64,000 nucleotides of DNA from Macrostomum hystrix (GCA_950097015.1 CATNEN010000008.1:3844001-3908000); one strand, 5' to 3'. Shown: positions 47,655-60,586, numbered from the stretch's first letter. Notes: generated by a model not told the origin, from the letters alone. Numbers and translations are program-made.

Positions 47655-47770
47655 TGGGCAGAACTGCATTCTCGCTGGCTGCGGGTCTAGTGTCACCAAA
47701 TGATGTGCCATTGCCCGCAGCCCTCCGCCAATATAAAAATATAATTAATAGCTATTTGTATTATTTTTAT
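47655..47770 (+). mobile_element. 5'-truncated SINE family 2 (3' stem-loop and AT-rich tail)
   Basis: GGCTGCGGGTCTAGTGTCACCAAATGATGTGCCATTGCCCGCAGCC matches the 3' end of 55960-56297. Confidence 0.7.
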
Positions 47771-47971
47771 TATTATACACATTGTGTAATTATCCAATTC
47801 TGTGGCACTAAAGACCAGTTCCTCGCACTGAGGGTCACACAATACTGTCAAAAATCATTAGCAGTGTCCCAGCCTCGCATAGCAACAACAATTTGACGTG
47901 TCTACACCACATGGGGTCTGCTCAGAATCCTGTGGCACAGTCCGGGATTCTGAATATACAACTCAGAAGCC

Positions 47972-50145
47972 ATGCCAGATGAACTCGACGGAGCGGCTTC
48001 CGTGGGCCGGATCCGCCTCACCCTGTGGCAGTTCTGCGACTACACCACCGCCCACGGACTGGGCAGGTTCGGCGCTCAGGGCACCACACTGGGCCGCACC
48101 CTGTGGCTGTGCTTCCTGCTAGGCACCTACTCTGGCTTCACCTACCACATGTACACTCTAGGGGCCTGCAGTTCGTGAGTGTGCCGCTCTCAACCAGCCT
48201 GTCAACCTCGCTGCCGTTCGAGTTTCCCGACGTGTACTTTTGTCCCAGCGAGACGGTGACAATGAGCCGGGCCAGTCCTCACGTGAACATCTTCGATCTG
48301 ACGCGGCTAATCAATTGCGACGCCAGCTGCAGGAAGAGAATGAAGTTCGACATGTACTGGACGGAGGGCTCTGACTCGGCCGGGGTCAAGTACGCACCTC
48401 CTGCCCAGGGTCTGCTGGATGTGATCTCCGCTGTGGAGGAAAACATCACTCACGCGCTGCACTATGAGAACAATGGTGAGTCTGAGCATTCTTATTTGCT
48501 AGAGCAGTGGACTGTGAAGGCATCCGTTACCAACCCGAATATGTACCCCAGCTCATTCGAGTACTTATTTTACAGTTGATAAAACTGAAGCAATGGATTA
48601 TTTAGTGTCTTGTTCCAGGACACTTGGGCTGAGATACGAACTCCCGACCTCTCCCGAACTGAATCCCGAAAAAAACCGGTGAAATATTATAACAATTTTT
48701 TAGTAATTCAGCGAAAAGCCTTGTTGATAGAATGAAATTTTTTTACGAGTCTAAAACAATTCCACTGTAAAAAAATCATAAGCCTTTCAAATGCTTCTCT
48801 GCAGCGTTCTTCTACACCTGCCGCACGACACCAGACGGAGATGAGTACAGGGGCAACTTGTCCACTGCGCCTGTGTTTGACAGCAGTTTCATACTGGCTA
48901 AGTTAGATCCGCTTGATCCTTTCGTGAGCTCGATTTCCTGGGATAAGCTGCCAACCTACGCTTTGATAGGCTGAACAAATTTTCGAAGCCTCCTGAGCAG
49001 GAGCGCCTTCCGCCACCAGATCCCGTCACATACCTGATTCCGTCCTGGCGCACAGGGTGGAGCTTCGCCAGCTCTGGATTGTAAGTTTGAGCAAGTTCTG
49101 CTACTCTTTCTTAGAAATTCGCAACTGTGAGATTGAAATAAAAGCTCAGAATTTCAAGTTGAGTCTTTGTAGGCAAATTTTCATGTTTAAAGCCACAATA
49201 TTTTTCAGGGATTCAGTTAATCCGACGAAACTGCAGTCTACTGTTGACAGGGCGGAGAAGATCGTCGTATTAAAGGACATTCTGACAGTAGTTAACAGCA
49301 GCATGTAAGTATGCCCTAACAGATCTCGTTTGACTGATTACAAGTGGACCAATGAATGAGACACTGACCTTTGAACGAGCAACCCAGCAAGACTGCATCA
49401 ACCTGTACGCTGTTAAGAAGTTCATTCAGCACTGCAACTGCCTGCCCTCATTCCTGCCGGTCCCAAAGGAGTTTTACCCGACCTACCCCTACTGTTTCAA
49501 CAAGACTGACTTGCCTAGCATTGAAGAATCCGAAATGGGTGCTACATGCGCCGCGTGCATGCCATCTCCCGCTACCAGAAGGAGGCCCGTCCGCTGTGCA
49601 TGCAGCTCTGCCGGACCAACTCCTACTCAGTTCGACCGACAACCTACCCATGGCCCGGACTTACACTCGAGAAGTCGGTGCAGTTTATGCATAACAGCTT
49701 GGGCGACTGGTCCTATCCTTCCAACTTCCTGTACTCGAAGGGAACCTCTTCTACATGGATATCAGATCGAGGGAGGTGTACAACCAGCATTTCTGCATCG
49801 GAGCTTCTTGACTTCAACTACGAGCTGGACGTCATTGAGAAAAGTTTGGTCAAGCTGACCGTCGGTGCCATCAGCGACTTTGGACAGGAAATGACAGAGG
49901 AACAGTCCTGCACTATCAAGAACCTGATGGCTTGACTTCAATATCTGACGAACTCAAGCAATCCTTGCCTTCATTTGAACATGCCGAACTAATCAGAAGC
50001 AAATTGTTTGTCTTTAGGCGCCCTCGGACTCTGGTCTGGAATCTCAGTGCTCACCGCCTGCGAGGTAGTGGAACATTTTGTCTACCTGGCGATATCAATG
50101 AAGCAGAAAATCACCCGGAATCTCAAGCCTCCCACGCCCAGCTAA
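47972..50145 (+). pseudogene. DEG/ENaC (amiloride-sensitive Na channel family) paralog A, frameshifted and internally deleted
   Basis: TTAHG pre-TM1 motif, FPDVYFCP, thumb cysteines and ALGLWSGISVLTACE TM2. Defects: +2 nt at ~48161 versus paralog B, further shifts at ~49540 and ~49932, and a jump from kringle start to palm region at ~48958. Confidence 0.8.
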
Positions 50146-51321
50146 AATAGATGAAAGGCCACTTATCAATTGATCGATCACTAATTCACTAATCAAAAAA
50201 CTTCACTACTCGCCCACTCCGCTGACACCTGTACGACCAACGTGCCGTCAGGGATGAATTTTGCCCGGTTGGCCAACCAACAACAACTTCATGGTCTCCC
50301 TGCAGTGGCCCCAAGTAAACAAACACACTTTTTAGACCATGATGTGTTTTACTGAACTCTGTGCTTCTATGCATGTTTTACTTAGAGCTGCAAATGTTTC
50401 TGACTTATAATCTTATTGCTTTAGATAACAGTAAACCGCATATTGCCATAGCAGAGAAAACTGATTGCTTTTGATCGTTCCATCTGCCTGGGAGACTGAG
50501 TGTAGAACACTTGAGACTGTGTAACTGTTTGACTGCTTTCTGAATCTTTCTTTACATTGCACCTTTAATAATTGTATGTACTTACCTCGTTGATTATTCA
50601 GTACTCGTACGTTCGCTTTGTTCATCGGACAATATTTTAAACATCGAAATAAAAAGCGATAATTGTCAATTGTGAAATACGAGTATAATGTGACAATAAG
50701 AAGATTTTTTTCTGCCCGTTTCAATATCAAGCTACATTATTTGCCAATAAAAAATTGTGAACTCATCCACTCGACAGAAAGCCAAGGTTACAGAGAGTAA
50801 AGATCTTGCTAAACGATTCCTACGACTTTATGTTGCTAAAAATAAACTGAGCAGTTGGTAGGCAGCCTCCGGTCTCCTAGCCAATGGCTGGCAGTCGATG
50901 CAGCCTGCCGTACAAACCTCATCAGAGCAGTTTTTACGAGCCCCTTCTTTTTTAAGGGGACTAATTATGATTAGGGATGATTCACAATGCCTCCTGCCTG
51001 CTCAGATGATAAAATAGTTTTTTATGCCTTGACTGAGCTAATCTTTACTGCACAAGCTGACAGGCTCATGCTCACAGGCTCATGCTCACAGGCTCATGGC
51101 TGTAGATTGTAGGCAGTAAAAATCAAATTATTTGGAGGACATTTTTAGATTACATTGAAACAGATCTGAACTTTTGGTTAACAAAAAATCTTGGTAAGTT
51201 TAAGTTACTATTTTTACTACGCTCGTAAGATGGTTACCACCGTACGAGTGTCTGCAACTTCAGTGGACTGGTAACCATGGTAACCACTACCACGCAATAG
51301 CCTTCAAACCACACGCAGGGC

Positions 51322-54300
51322 ATGAAAGACTCCCAGCAGGAAGACAGCGAGGTTCGCAACTCCTTGGCACAGTTCTGCGAATACACCACCGCCCACGGAC
51401 TGGGCAGGTTCGGCGCGCAAGCCACCCCGTTTGGAAGGGCCCTGTGGCTGTGCTTCCTGCTCGGCACCTACGGTGGCTTCACCTACCACATGTACACTCT
51501 GGGCCTGCAGTTCGTGAGTGTGCCGCTCTCAACCAGCCTGTCAACCTCGCTGCCGTTCGAGTTTCCCGACGTGTACTTTTGTCCCACGCATACTGTAACA
51601 ATGAGCCGCCTGGCCAGTCCAATTGATGGCGCCGAGATTTTGAATAACGTCAGCTGCAGCCAGGACTGCATGCTCAGGCGGCTGCTCTTTGAAATCTACT
51701 CGTTTGTCGAGGACAGCGCGCACAGCGCCACCACAGAGGCCCTGATTGACACCTTGGCCACTGTCGAGGAGGCAGTTCTGAACAAGCTCCAGCACGGAAA
51801 TTTGAGTAAAAATATTTATTTCTTTGTTATTTACGCTCGTAAAAAATATTAGAAAATGATATACAAAAACTACACTTTCAGCCACGAGCAACACCTGTCG
51901 AATGACAATCGACGGTGAGGAATACACGGGCAGTCAGTCGGCTGTTCCGGTTTATCACACTCTCTTTCTTGAGACGCAAAGTGCAAGTCTCTTGACAGTA
52001 CCCGACCAGCCCTACGTGACCTTCAGCAGCTGCATCAGCTGGAACGAGGCCGCCAAGGAGCTGAATGCGATGGGTCTGGGCCTGTTTGCTGACAAAATCC
52101 TTAGCGCAGGCTTCGCTGACGACGACAGCAAATGCAGGCAACCGCACGGCCTACCGCTGACCGATTTAGGCAGCTACGCAACGCGTGAGTGTTTTCACTT
52201 GTTTAGAAATTCGATCATCATTGAGCACATGCTTACTTTTATTATGAAACCTCTCTGATCAGATCCGGTCTCCAAGTTCATCGGCTGCATCAGCATGTCA
52301 ACTTGGATTGGCAATTCAACGTGCATAAAAACGAATGCCAGCGTCATGACTGTGGCCATGTGCGAGCAGTGCTGCTACAACAGCCAGCTCCAGTTTGCTG
52401 GCGTACAGGCATACGCATGCCACTGCTCAGATAGGATTCCTGCGGCAGTTGAGAACATTTTCCCGCCTGGTTCTGATAATCCCTGCTTAGAAAAATGTCC
52501 TGGCAATTTCGACCAGGTGTGCGGAGGTGTTGGAAGCCAACACAACGGTCACCCGGATGGCTTCTTATCGATCTATAAAGTGATCGAGCCAGGTGATCTT
52601 TCAGGTAAAATGATTTGATACATTTTTACTTTAGACGTTGGGACTAATGATAATTGACTCTCAGATTTATGACAAGCTTGTCGCGCTTAGTGTTCCAGAC
52701 ATCAAATGCTTATCTTTTCTGACTAGAATTACGGGAAAGTGACAGCAGCTAACTCGCCTCGGTGGTCGGTTGGCGATTGATTTCTCGTGTCAACAGCCTC
52801 ATTGGCACTGCGTTAGACTTAAGACTGTTTTTTTATTTTTTGCCTGATTAATTTTTCATTTAATAGGAAGCGCTCCGGGTTTGGTACTGCCGTTCCGACC
52901 GACCCTAGCTGGTCTCAACACCGGCCCTTACTGCTTCTACAGAGAGCGGGAAGGCAGCCTGACAGCGTCCTATTGCAACATTCCTTACTGCCGTGAGTCC
53001 AATAGATACAAAAATTAAGCTACCGTACAGTTAGTTTAAATTTATTATTAATTACTGATGAGTATCTGGGCTTGAATGAAGTAATTTTTATTTTAACCAC
53101 TGAGTTTTGGCTCTTAGGCCTGGTGGATTGGGGATCGGGATGAGCTGCTGGGTGTAGGTTTTAACTTGGCAGTTAATGCTGCAGTAGCAAAGTCCATATA
53201 AGTCTAGATGAGCATTACTCTCTTACTTCGCGACAGCAAGCACGTGAAATATGAAACGGAAATCATTAGTGCACCAATTCTGTTCAGGTTTCTAGTTCAC
53301 GCAGTAGAAATCCAAAAAGTAAAAAAAGTGTTTGACGCAATCAACTCGAAATTCTTAAGTAAGAAATTTCCCGGGATCATCTCTGCTACAATGAGCTCGC
53401 GTCGAAATTTCTTGAGTCTAGTATTCGAATACACTCAGTCTTCGACATCCGCAGAGATTTCAAATGACTTTGACTGCCTGCGATCTAACGAGGCCGCTCA
53501 GTCTGACGAAGTTCAACTGGCTCGCTACACCGGCCAGCAGAATGTGACGGAGAGCGGAGAGGCCTGCACAGACTGGCGCAGCTTCCGGGCGCTGGTGCTT
53601 AGCGGAGACCTGAAGTACAACTGGGACTTGAGCTACGCCACAGCCGGTGCTCGTAAGCTGTTTCTATTTGCATTGCAATTCCTCAGTGTACTCGTAGAAA
53701 CAACTTTTAGAATCACAAAACATCGGCATCGCCGAGATATTCAAGGAGTCTTGTCAGGGTGTCTGGTGGCGAAAGCCATCGATATACAGATTCAGAGCAA
53801 ATGATTTTGCAAAAAATTCACAATTTTGCAAATTCACAAAATTCACAACATAGAGGTTTGTACCGAGGAGTGGTAGTTGGCCTTGTCACCAGGGACTTCC
53901 ACATGAATCGGACGGCTTTGATTGTTAGTTCATGGGCGGAAAATGATTCAGATGGTGGACTTTCAGGAAAATTGGTCATTCGGTTTGGGAGCTCTCGTGA
54001 AATAGGCATTTGAAATAACCCCTGGTCTTTCCCTCAGGGTGAAAATAGAGTGGTCCTTCTACTGTTAAGGCTCACAACTCTGAGGAAATAGCAAACCCTT
54101 TAGGTAGGACGGACGCTAATAACAATTAATGTTTGGCAACCAAAAACTGTTATGCAAGGCAATTCGAACCGGTCATTAAACCGTTCATTTAACCCTAAAC
54201 CGTTCACATTCATTTGGGGCCGCATCAGGGGAGAGAAGGCTTGGGTGTTTCGCTTGCAAATTACCCCATGAGGGCCGACCCCGGAGTGAGCACATTGTCT

Positions 54301-57300
54301 CCTCGCTTTCTGTGGGTCGCAAAATAATTTGCGCTAGTGCACACATCCCGTTACGACTATTACATTATTAATTGCTCTCATTACAACATTTTTTACTTTG
54401 AGGTTTACTCAGTTCTGGTCTGAAATTTGTAAAACAATATTGCCCATTACTTGCAATCTTTTCACAGCTCGAGTTGCCAGGTTGGATGTTGAAACCTCAG
54501 ACTACACTCTGCGGGACGGCTTGCCGCTGCTCTACAATCACTGCCGCGCTGTCCGCCTGGTCGCCGACCTGATATTCGAACAGACCGACTCCACCTACCT
54601 CTACGTGTGAGTATTCCACGGTTGCAGAGTTGGGAAAAGAAATACGATTTAAATATCTCGAATTAATTTTTTTTAAATCAAGAAAATTCGCTCTCGCACT
54701 CGCTGTCTACACAGTCGCAAGATTCAAGAGTTCCCCACTGCTGCCTGTGCCTACACAAAGTCCGGCGAAGCCTTCATTGGACTCTGTAACGTGAAGTTCT
54801 GTTGTAAGTTTCTATTTTAAAAGCTCAAGGCACTCAACAGTCGGGACTGGGTCACTAAAAAATGAATTTCGGTTACAGACGAAACAATCGGCAGCCAGTA
54901 TTTTGCTACGGTGAGTCGTGTCGGTATCGACCTACTGTTGAGCAGATTTGGCAGCAATCTTGGCATCGGGTTCACGGGCTGCTTAGTGACAAAGAACGCC
55001 TGCCGCATTGACAACTTCACCACAATTGTGCATCCGTCCTATGGCATCTGCCACCGGTTCAGCAGCAGATCGCTTCAATTCGTGAGCACCGATGCCAGCA
55101 GCGCCTCTGAAGTTCGGCTGACATTCGCCTACTTCACCGACGCCACAGATAGTCGCGGTCGTCAGTTTGTCAGCACGAAATTTTTGAAAAATGCACTGTC
55201 GCACTGGACAACGGATCCGGACATTCGCGATGCCATGAGGGTTAGTTTACCAGTACTTATTTGGGGTTACCTGGAAGCCATGGTAGAGCGTTTTAACACG
55301 TCTGCCTCTCGCACCAAGGTCCCTGTGCTCGATTCCGCAGCGAGGCCACTTTAATTTGGGTTGAAGCCTCTGATTAGCTCCCTTTGTTCATCCTTTCTAA
55401 TTGCCCAGGTGATTGTTGTGCCCCCTGGTCAGTACCCCTGGACAGAGAGCGTTGTAACTGTGAATCCCGGGCAGCACATGAACATCATGATTCGCTACGA
55501 CCGAACTATTCGACACTCAAAGCCACCTGAGAGAGCGTGCCTGGCATCAGCCGAACCTATCGAGTACTACATGCCGAATTGGAAGTCTGCAGTCCAATTT
55601 TATAATAAGAGCGAAGAGTGAGCACCGACCCGCAGTGTAGAGTCTGTCTTTATTTTTGCTTCGCTAGAAAAAGCTATAAAATGAACCGAATTCAATGAAT
55701 TTTTAGAGAGTTCGTCAATTTGACAGCTTTTCGATCTGCTTCCAGCTGGGTGGAGAAAACTGACTTGCTCAGGGAGCTGCTCAGTGGACAAAACAACGGC
55801 AGGTTTGTACTTTTGTCTGCCGTACTCGGATTGCTCAAGGATGACATTGCTCAAGTAGTTAGCTACTTTAGTTAATCTACTTTAGTAGGCCCTGTGATTG
55901 CTATGTCTGGTAAGCTGTGTGGGTCGGTACAGTATGAGAATAATAATAATAATAATAATTGCAGGAGGGCTGCGGGCAATGGCACATCATTTAGTGACAC
56001 TAGACCCGCAGCCAGCGAGGAGGCAATTCTGCCCATTTCGCTGACTCCTGAGCACACAGATACTGTACGCAGGCACACGCTCACACAGGTGTGTACATCT
56101 GCCCTGACTTTCTCATCGTCAGGCAGTGTACACTTCAATGTGCCTTGGAGGTTGGCCCTCAAGGGCGTAAATTGCACGACAAGCCACCAAGCCTTCTCTC
56201 CGTGGCTGCGCCCCAAATAAATGTGGCCTCGCCGTGGAATCGAACTTAGGGACCGTGGTGCGAGAGGCAAACGCGATAACCGCTCTGCCACCGACCCCCT
56301 TCGTACAGTGTGATACATGAAACCGTCTCTGCCTTTCATTCGTGTAATCGTTGAACTTACTCATTCAACCACGCTGAAGTATCCACCGACCTTAATTCGC
56401 AGGTCTGCGATCTACGAGACAATGCGTTTCCCGGCTGCCACAGTTGAAGACTGCATAAGCGACTTTCTGGTTCGAAGGTTTTTATCAGTGTGCGGTTGCC
56501 TGCCATTGTTTCTGCCAATTCGGGTTGGTGCATTTCCGTCCGAAATCAATCGCTGCTTCAATGCCACATCGCTGGACAGCATTCGCAGCATGGGACAGTG
56601 CTACCAGCGGCAGATATACCAGCTGGCAGTGCTCTATAGCGAGGCTCGTGCCGCCTGCGTGCCTCTGTGCGAAACTCGCAGCTACTCGGTGAAGCTTGTC
56701 GCTTATCAGTGGCCGGAACTGTCCTCGCTAAATGCCTTCGAACTCCTCAAGAGCCACCTCACGGACTGGAACTATCCGAACAATTTCCTTGGTTCCAGGG
56801 GGCTTGCCAGCTTGTTCGCTCTGTATTCACAAGCGCGACTGGTCAACCAACTGGAGACGTCATTGGATGCGAGTTTAAGAAAAGAAATGGCTGTACAAGA
56901 GCTGTCTGATAACTTGACTTTCGCTGAAAAGAATCTCGTCAGGATTACAGTTCAGGCATCCAGTCTGTTTGGCCAGGAAATCAAGGAGGAGCCGTCATAC
57001 ACGAGCAAGAATCTGTTGGCTGATCTAGGCGGTGAGTAACAGAGAGTGTACGCATTTGTTGTGCGAGTATGTATTGAACCAAGCATAGCCCCATCGTCAA
57101 TGACATAAAGATCGCTTTATTTTTTTCCTGTCTTCTGAGCTGCAGGCAGATGGAAACTGATAGGTGAAGAACATCATTTGATGAATTCCTGGTTTTCTTT
57201 TTGGGAATTTATCACTTCCAGCAACTGCTGGGTGCCCCAATAATTAAGACGAAATTAGTAGAATTTGTAGATCTTACCTTCTTTAGTTTAGTTGTTTCTC

Positions 57301-59252
57301 TTGTCTCTCTTCGGTTGCTGCAGGCTTTGAAGTTCTGTCTGGTGTTTGGCTTCTGGTTGCCCTTCAGCTACCTGGATCGTTCGAATACAAGAGGAGTTAA
57401 CTTTTTCTCTTTGTTTCGGTTGCGGTTACAACGGATCAATAGTAATTAGGGAACCTAGGTTCGGTGTAGTGTCTTCCTGACTCCGATTTGTCGTTGACGT
57501 CGATTAACCAATAGTCACTTGTGGAGTGTGTTCCTTCTTACCAGCTTTGGTAGGTTCTAACACGAGTCTGGCGCTTACCCCTTTTTAGTAAATTCAATGT
57601 AATCACACGTCTGTGATTACGATTTAGTCGTTGGTTTAACGATTACTTGGAGAGGTTTAACTTAGCTCAATAAAAGACGTCTAATTAATCATTAATTAGG
57701 ATAACTCAAAGAACTCTTACCACAAGTCTTGGACCCGGAGTCCGATTCACTTCAGTCTCAGATTCCTTCTCTCCGTTTTCTCTTCTCGGCGAGACTCTGA
57801 ATCTGGGCTCGCTTCGGAGCTCTTGTATTTATAGAGAATCGGACCCTCTCGGTTCGATGAGTGCGTTCAAAGTACAGGTGTCAAACTGGTGTCAAACAGT
57901 TTGGGTCAACGCTTGACAACTTGAGACGTTAGACTTTTTTATAACTAAACTAGTAGAAGCGCAAAAAGATGGATTATCACTTTCTTGACCTTTTGATTGA
58001 TTTTGGGTAACCTAATTGGTGGGATTGTTTGTTGTCTATGACATGAAAATTTATTTGATACTATTAATAGTAGTCACATGACTTTTAATTTATTCGTTTC
58101 TCCTTTTTTGGTGAAATGAATCACATGCTGTACTTGTACGTTTTTTGGTTCGTATTTTCTAAAAATACTACTAAGCGGATGAGTAGAGTAGTTAGCGCAT
58201 GATTGGTTAAAATAAATATTACCGTAATTCTGCACTCTACACATTTTGCCGTTTCAATTTACAAGTTGAATCAAACAAACCACGCGTCATAAGGGGGCGA
58301 GTGGGTCAGCGGCTAACGTCGCTGCCTCGCACTCCAAAGGACGCTAGTTCGATTCACCCTTCAAGTCACGATTAATTTCGGGACTTGTTGGGGGGGTTTG
58401 GACAGTAGCGACCGGCGGAGGTGCACCATATTTCGTGCAATCAAAGCTTGAAATAATAGCTTCGCTCCTACATTCTGTGTGCCTGTTCTGCGTTGTGTGA
58501 GTTGTGTGCGTTGGCGCTGGGGCGTGAGACCTTGCGGGGGGTGGCTGGAGGGCGGGTGTACACCGCCGCGCGCTTTCTGGACTTCCGTCAGCGCGATTGG
58601 ATAAGTGTACACTCATCACCCGGCCCCCCTGAGGACTGATTTCTTATCAGCCTTCCGCCCCGGCTTGGTCTGCTATGTGCATGTGGGGCTGGGGTGGGGG
58701 GCACTGCTGTCTATTCTGGGTGCCTCCTGCCCTCCCCGGCTGGTCTGTGCTGCTGTGTGTGGTGCCTGCTCAGGGGAGGCGGCGCGATGGGCGCTAAGCG
58801 CCTAGTTCGCCGGTCTGGGGGCGTGCCGCTCCGTCGCTTGTGCGACAAGTGCCCCGAGCCCCCCTGCAAATAGATAGAGATAGAACCACGCGTCATGCGG
58901 AAACACCACATGATGTATTGCTGGTCCCACTTCCACCATATATTGCGGAACGTATAAAATCCGATTGGTAAATAGCAACTTTACTGTCTACGAGTACTTG
59001 CTCACAACTTTATTACGGGCTAGCTTTTAGTAAATTCCACTAGTTTTCTATCCGTATCCTAATCGCAACATCGCTCTCATGTCATTCATAGGCGCCCTCG
59101 GTCTCTGGTCTGGTGTTTCCGTCCTGACTGCCTGCGAATTGATCGAGCTGCTTGCCTACTTGGCAATCGCTTTAAGGCGCAAGGTCAATCGAAGAGATCC
59201 ACTGCAGAGAAAACTGAGCATTGCGACTCAGAAAGCACTGCAACGAGTTTAA
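51322..59252 (+). CDS. DEG/ENaC paralog B with kringle and WSC domains inserted in the extracellular finger region
   Basis: Approximate exons 51322-51809, 51882-52185, 52264-52605, 52867-52993, 53455-53650, 54469-54608, 54715-54803, 54880-55241, 55409-55620, 56402-57033, 59091-59252. TTAHG, TM1, FPDVYFCP, C..C..F..HPSYGICHRF, CGC..CF..C..CVPLC..Y thumb, LLADLGG/ALGLWSGVSVLTACE TM2. One junction region (52640-52910) is unresolved or frameshifted. Confidence 0.85.
55960..56297 (-). mobile_element. Full-length SINE family 2 with (ATT)n tail
   Basis: GGGGTCGGTGGCAGAGCGG A-box, AGTTCGATTCC B-box, 3' GGCTGCGGG/CCCGCAGCC stem, (AAT)n on the + strand at 55940-55960. A body fragment also lies at ~54205-54330. 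Confidence 0.8.
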
Positions 59253-60586
59253 AAGCAACCGCTTAACAAAAAAGCTTTCCATTTTAAAACACACGCAAAC
59301 TTTGCTTGTTTACCATTGTGACTTTGTTGGTGTGTCCTAATCTTTCAACTCCAACTTTTTAATGCTTGCTTGCTAATAAAATATATCTAGCAAGTGTGTC
59401 CTCCAAACTTAACACATGTGTCCAATGAATCAGTATAAAAGTCAAAACGGCACAGAATGTCATTTAGGAGGCCTTGTTATTTATTGCATTTATAATATTG
59501 TTGCATACTTCTGGTCAGAACCACTTCAGTATATATCCACAACGAAGAAGGCGGCGGTGGTGAGCAGGAGGCGGTGCATCAGCAAGTCCGGTTTGATTAG
59601 ACACGAAAACACATTTTGTTTAATGAAACGCTTGTTTCAGAGAGCTCATCCCTAACTCCACTCAGAGCAGCGCGGTGGCATTGTGCTCTAGAGGTCTTTG
59701 TAAGTAAAATGAAACTTTTAAATGATTGTGAAGCTCTACTCGGGCCTGAAATAGACAGAAAACTGACTTTAAACTGTGCCGCTAGTTGACTTAAGAATAC
59801 ACACTGAGATTAGATAGCAAATAACCCTAGACCCTAGATTTGTTTCTGTGGTGCCTGTTTTTCTCAGGTCGACTGCTCGCCAAGGCCGTTGTGTTTGAGG
59901 CCGGTTTGTTTGGCTCGGCCTTGGCCTCGCCCTTTCTCTCCCTCCTCCCCCGGCCCTGCTCAGGGTGCCCTGTGCCGCCATCTGATTGGCTGGGCGCGGG
60001 CACTGACTGTCAACCCTTACCCCAGCCCTGCGTGGCTTTGCCCTTCCCGCCAATCAGCTTTGCGTAGCTTTGCCCGTCCACCCGGCCAGCGCGTACAAGC
60101 CTACCTCTCCCTGCGCGCTGGGGGCTTGACCCTGTCTGTGCATTGCCTCCCCTGTCTGCCCCCCTTGCTGCCCCATTTGTTTGTCAATATCTGCCCGTGC
60201 CGGGGCAACCGCGCTCGCTCTGGCGAACTTTAAGATTACATCGGTAAAAACGGAGTCTTACTGCGAAGTCTCAAGCTAATGCATACAAATAAACGAAATC
60301 GAAGTCTCCTGTCATCCTGCGTTCCGACCGGTAAGCGCTTCATTCGTGTCTTTCCTTTCGGAGTGCCAGGCCTGTACGGAGTACTGTATCTTACTTAGTA
60401 CTGTACTGCGTGATTATAGTGATTATTCGTATTATACTTAATAGTACTGTAGGCCGGGGATCCTGAACCGACCACAGTCACTACATTTCCTTATAGCGTG
60501 CCTTCAAGACACGCAAGACAATTTCACAAGAAATAGTGTATTTTAGAGTTTTGACGTGTTCTGAGTTAATTAGCCATGCCTGAATT

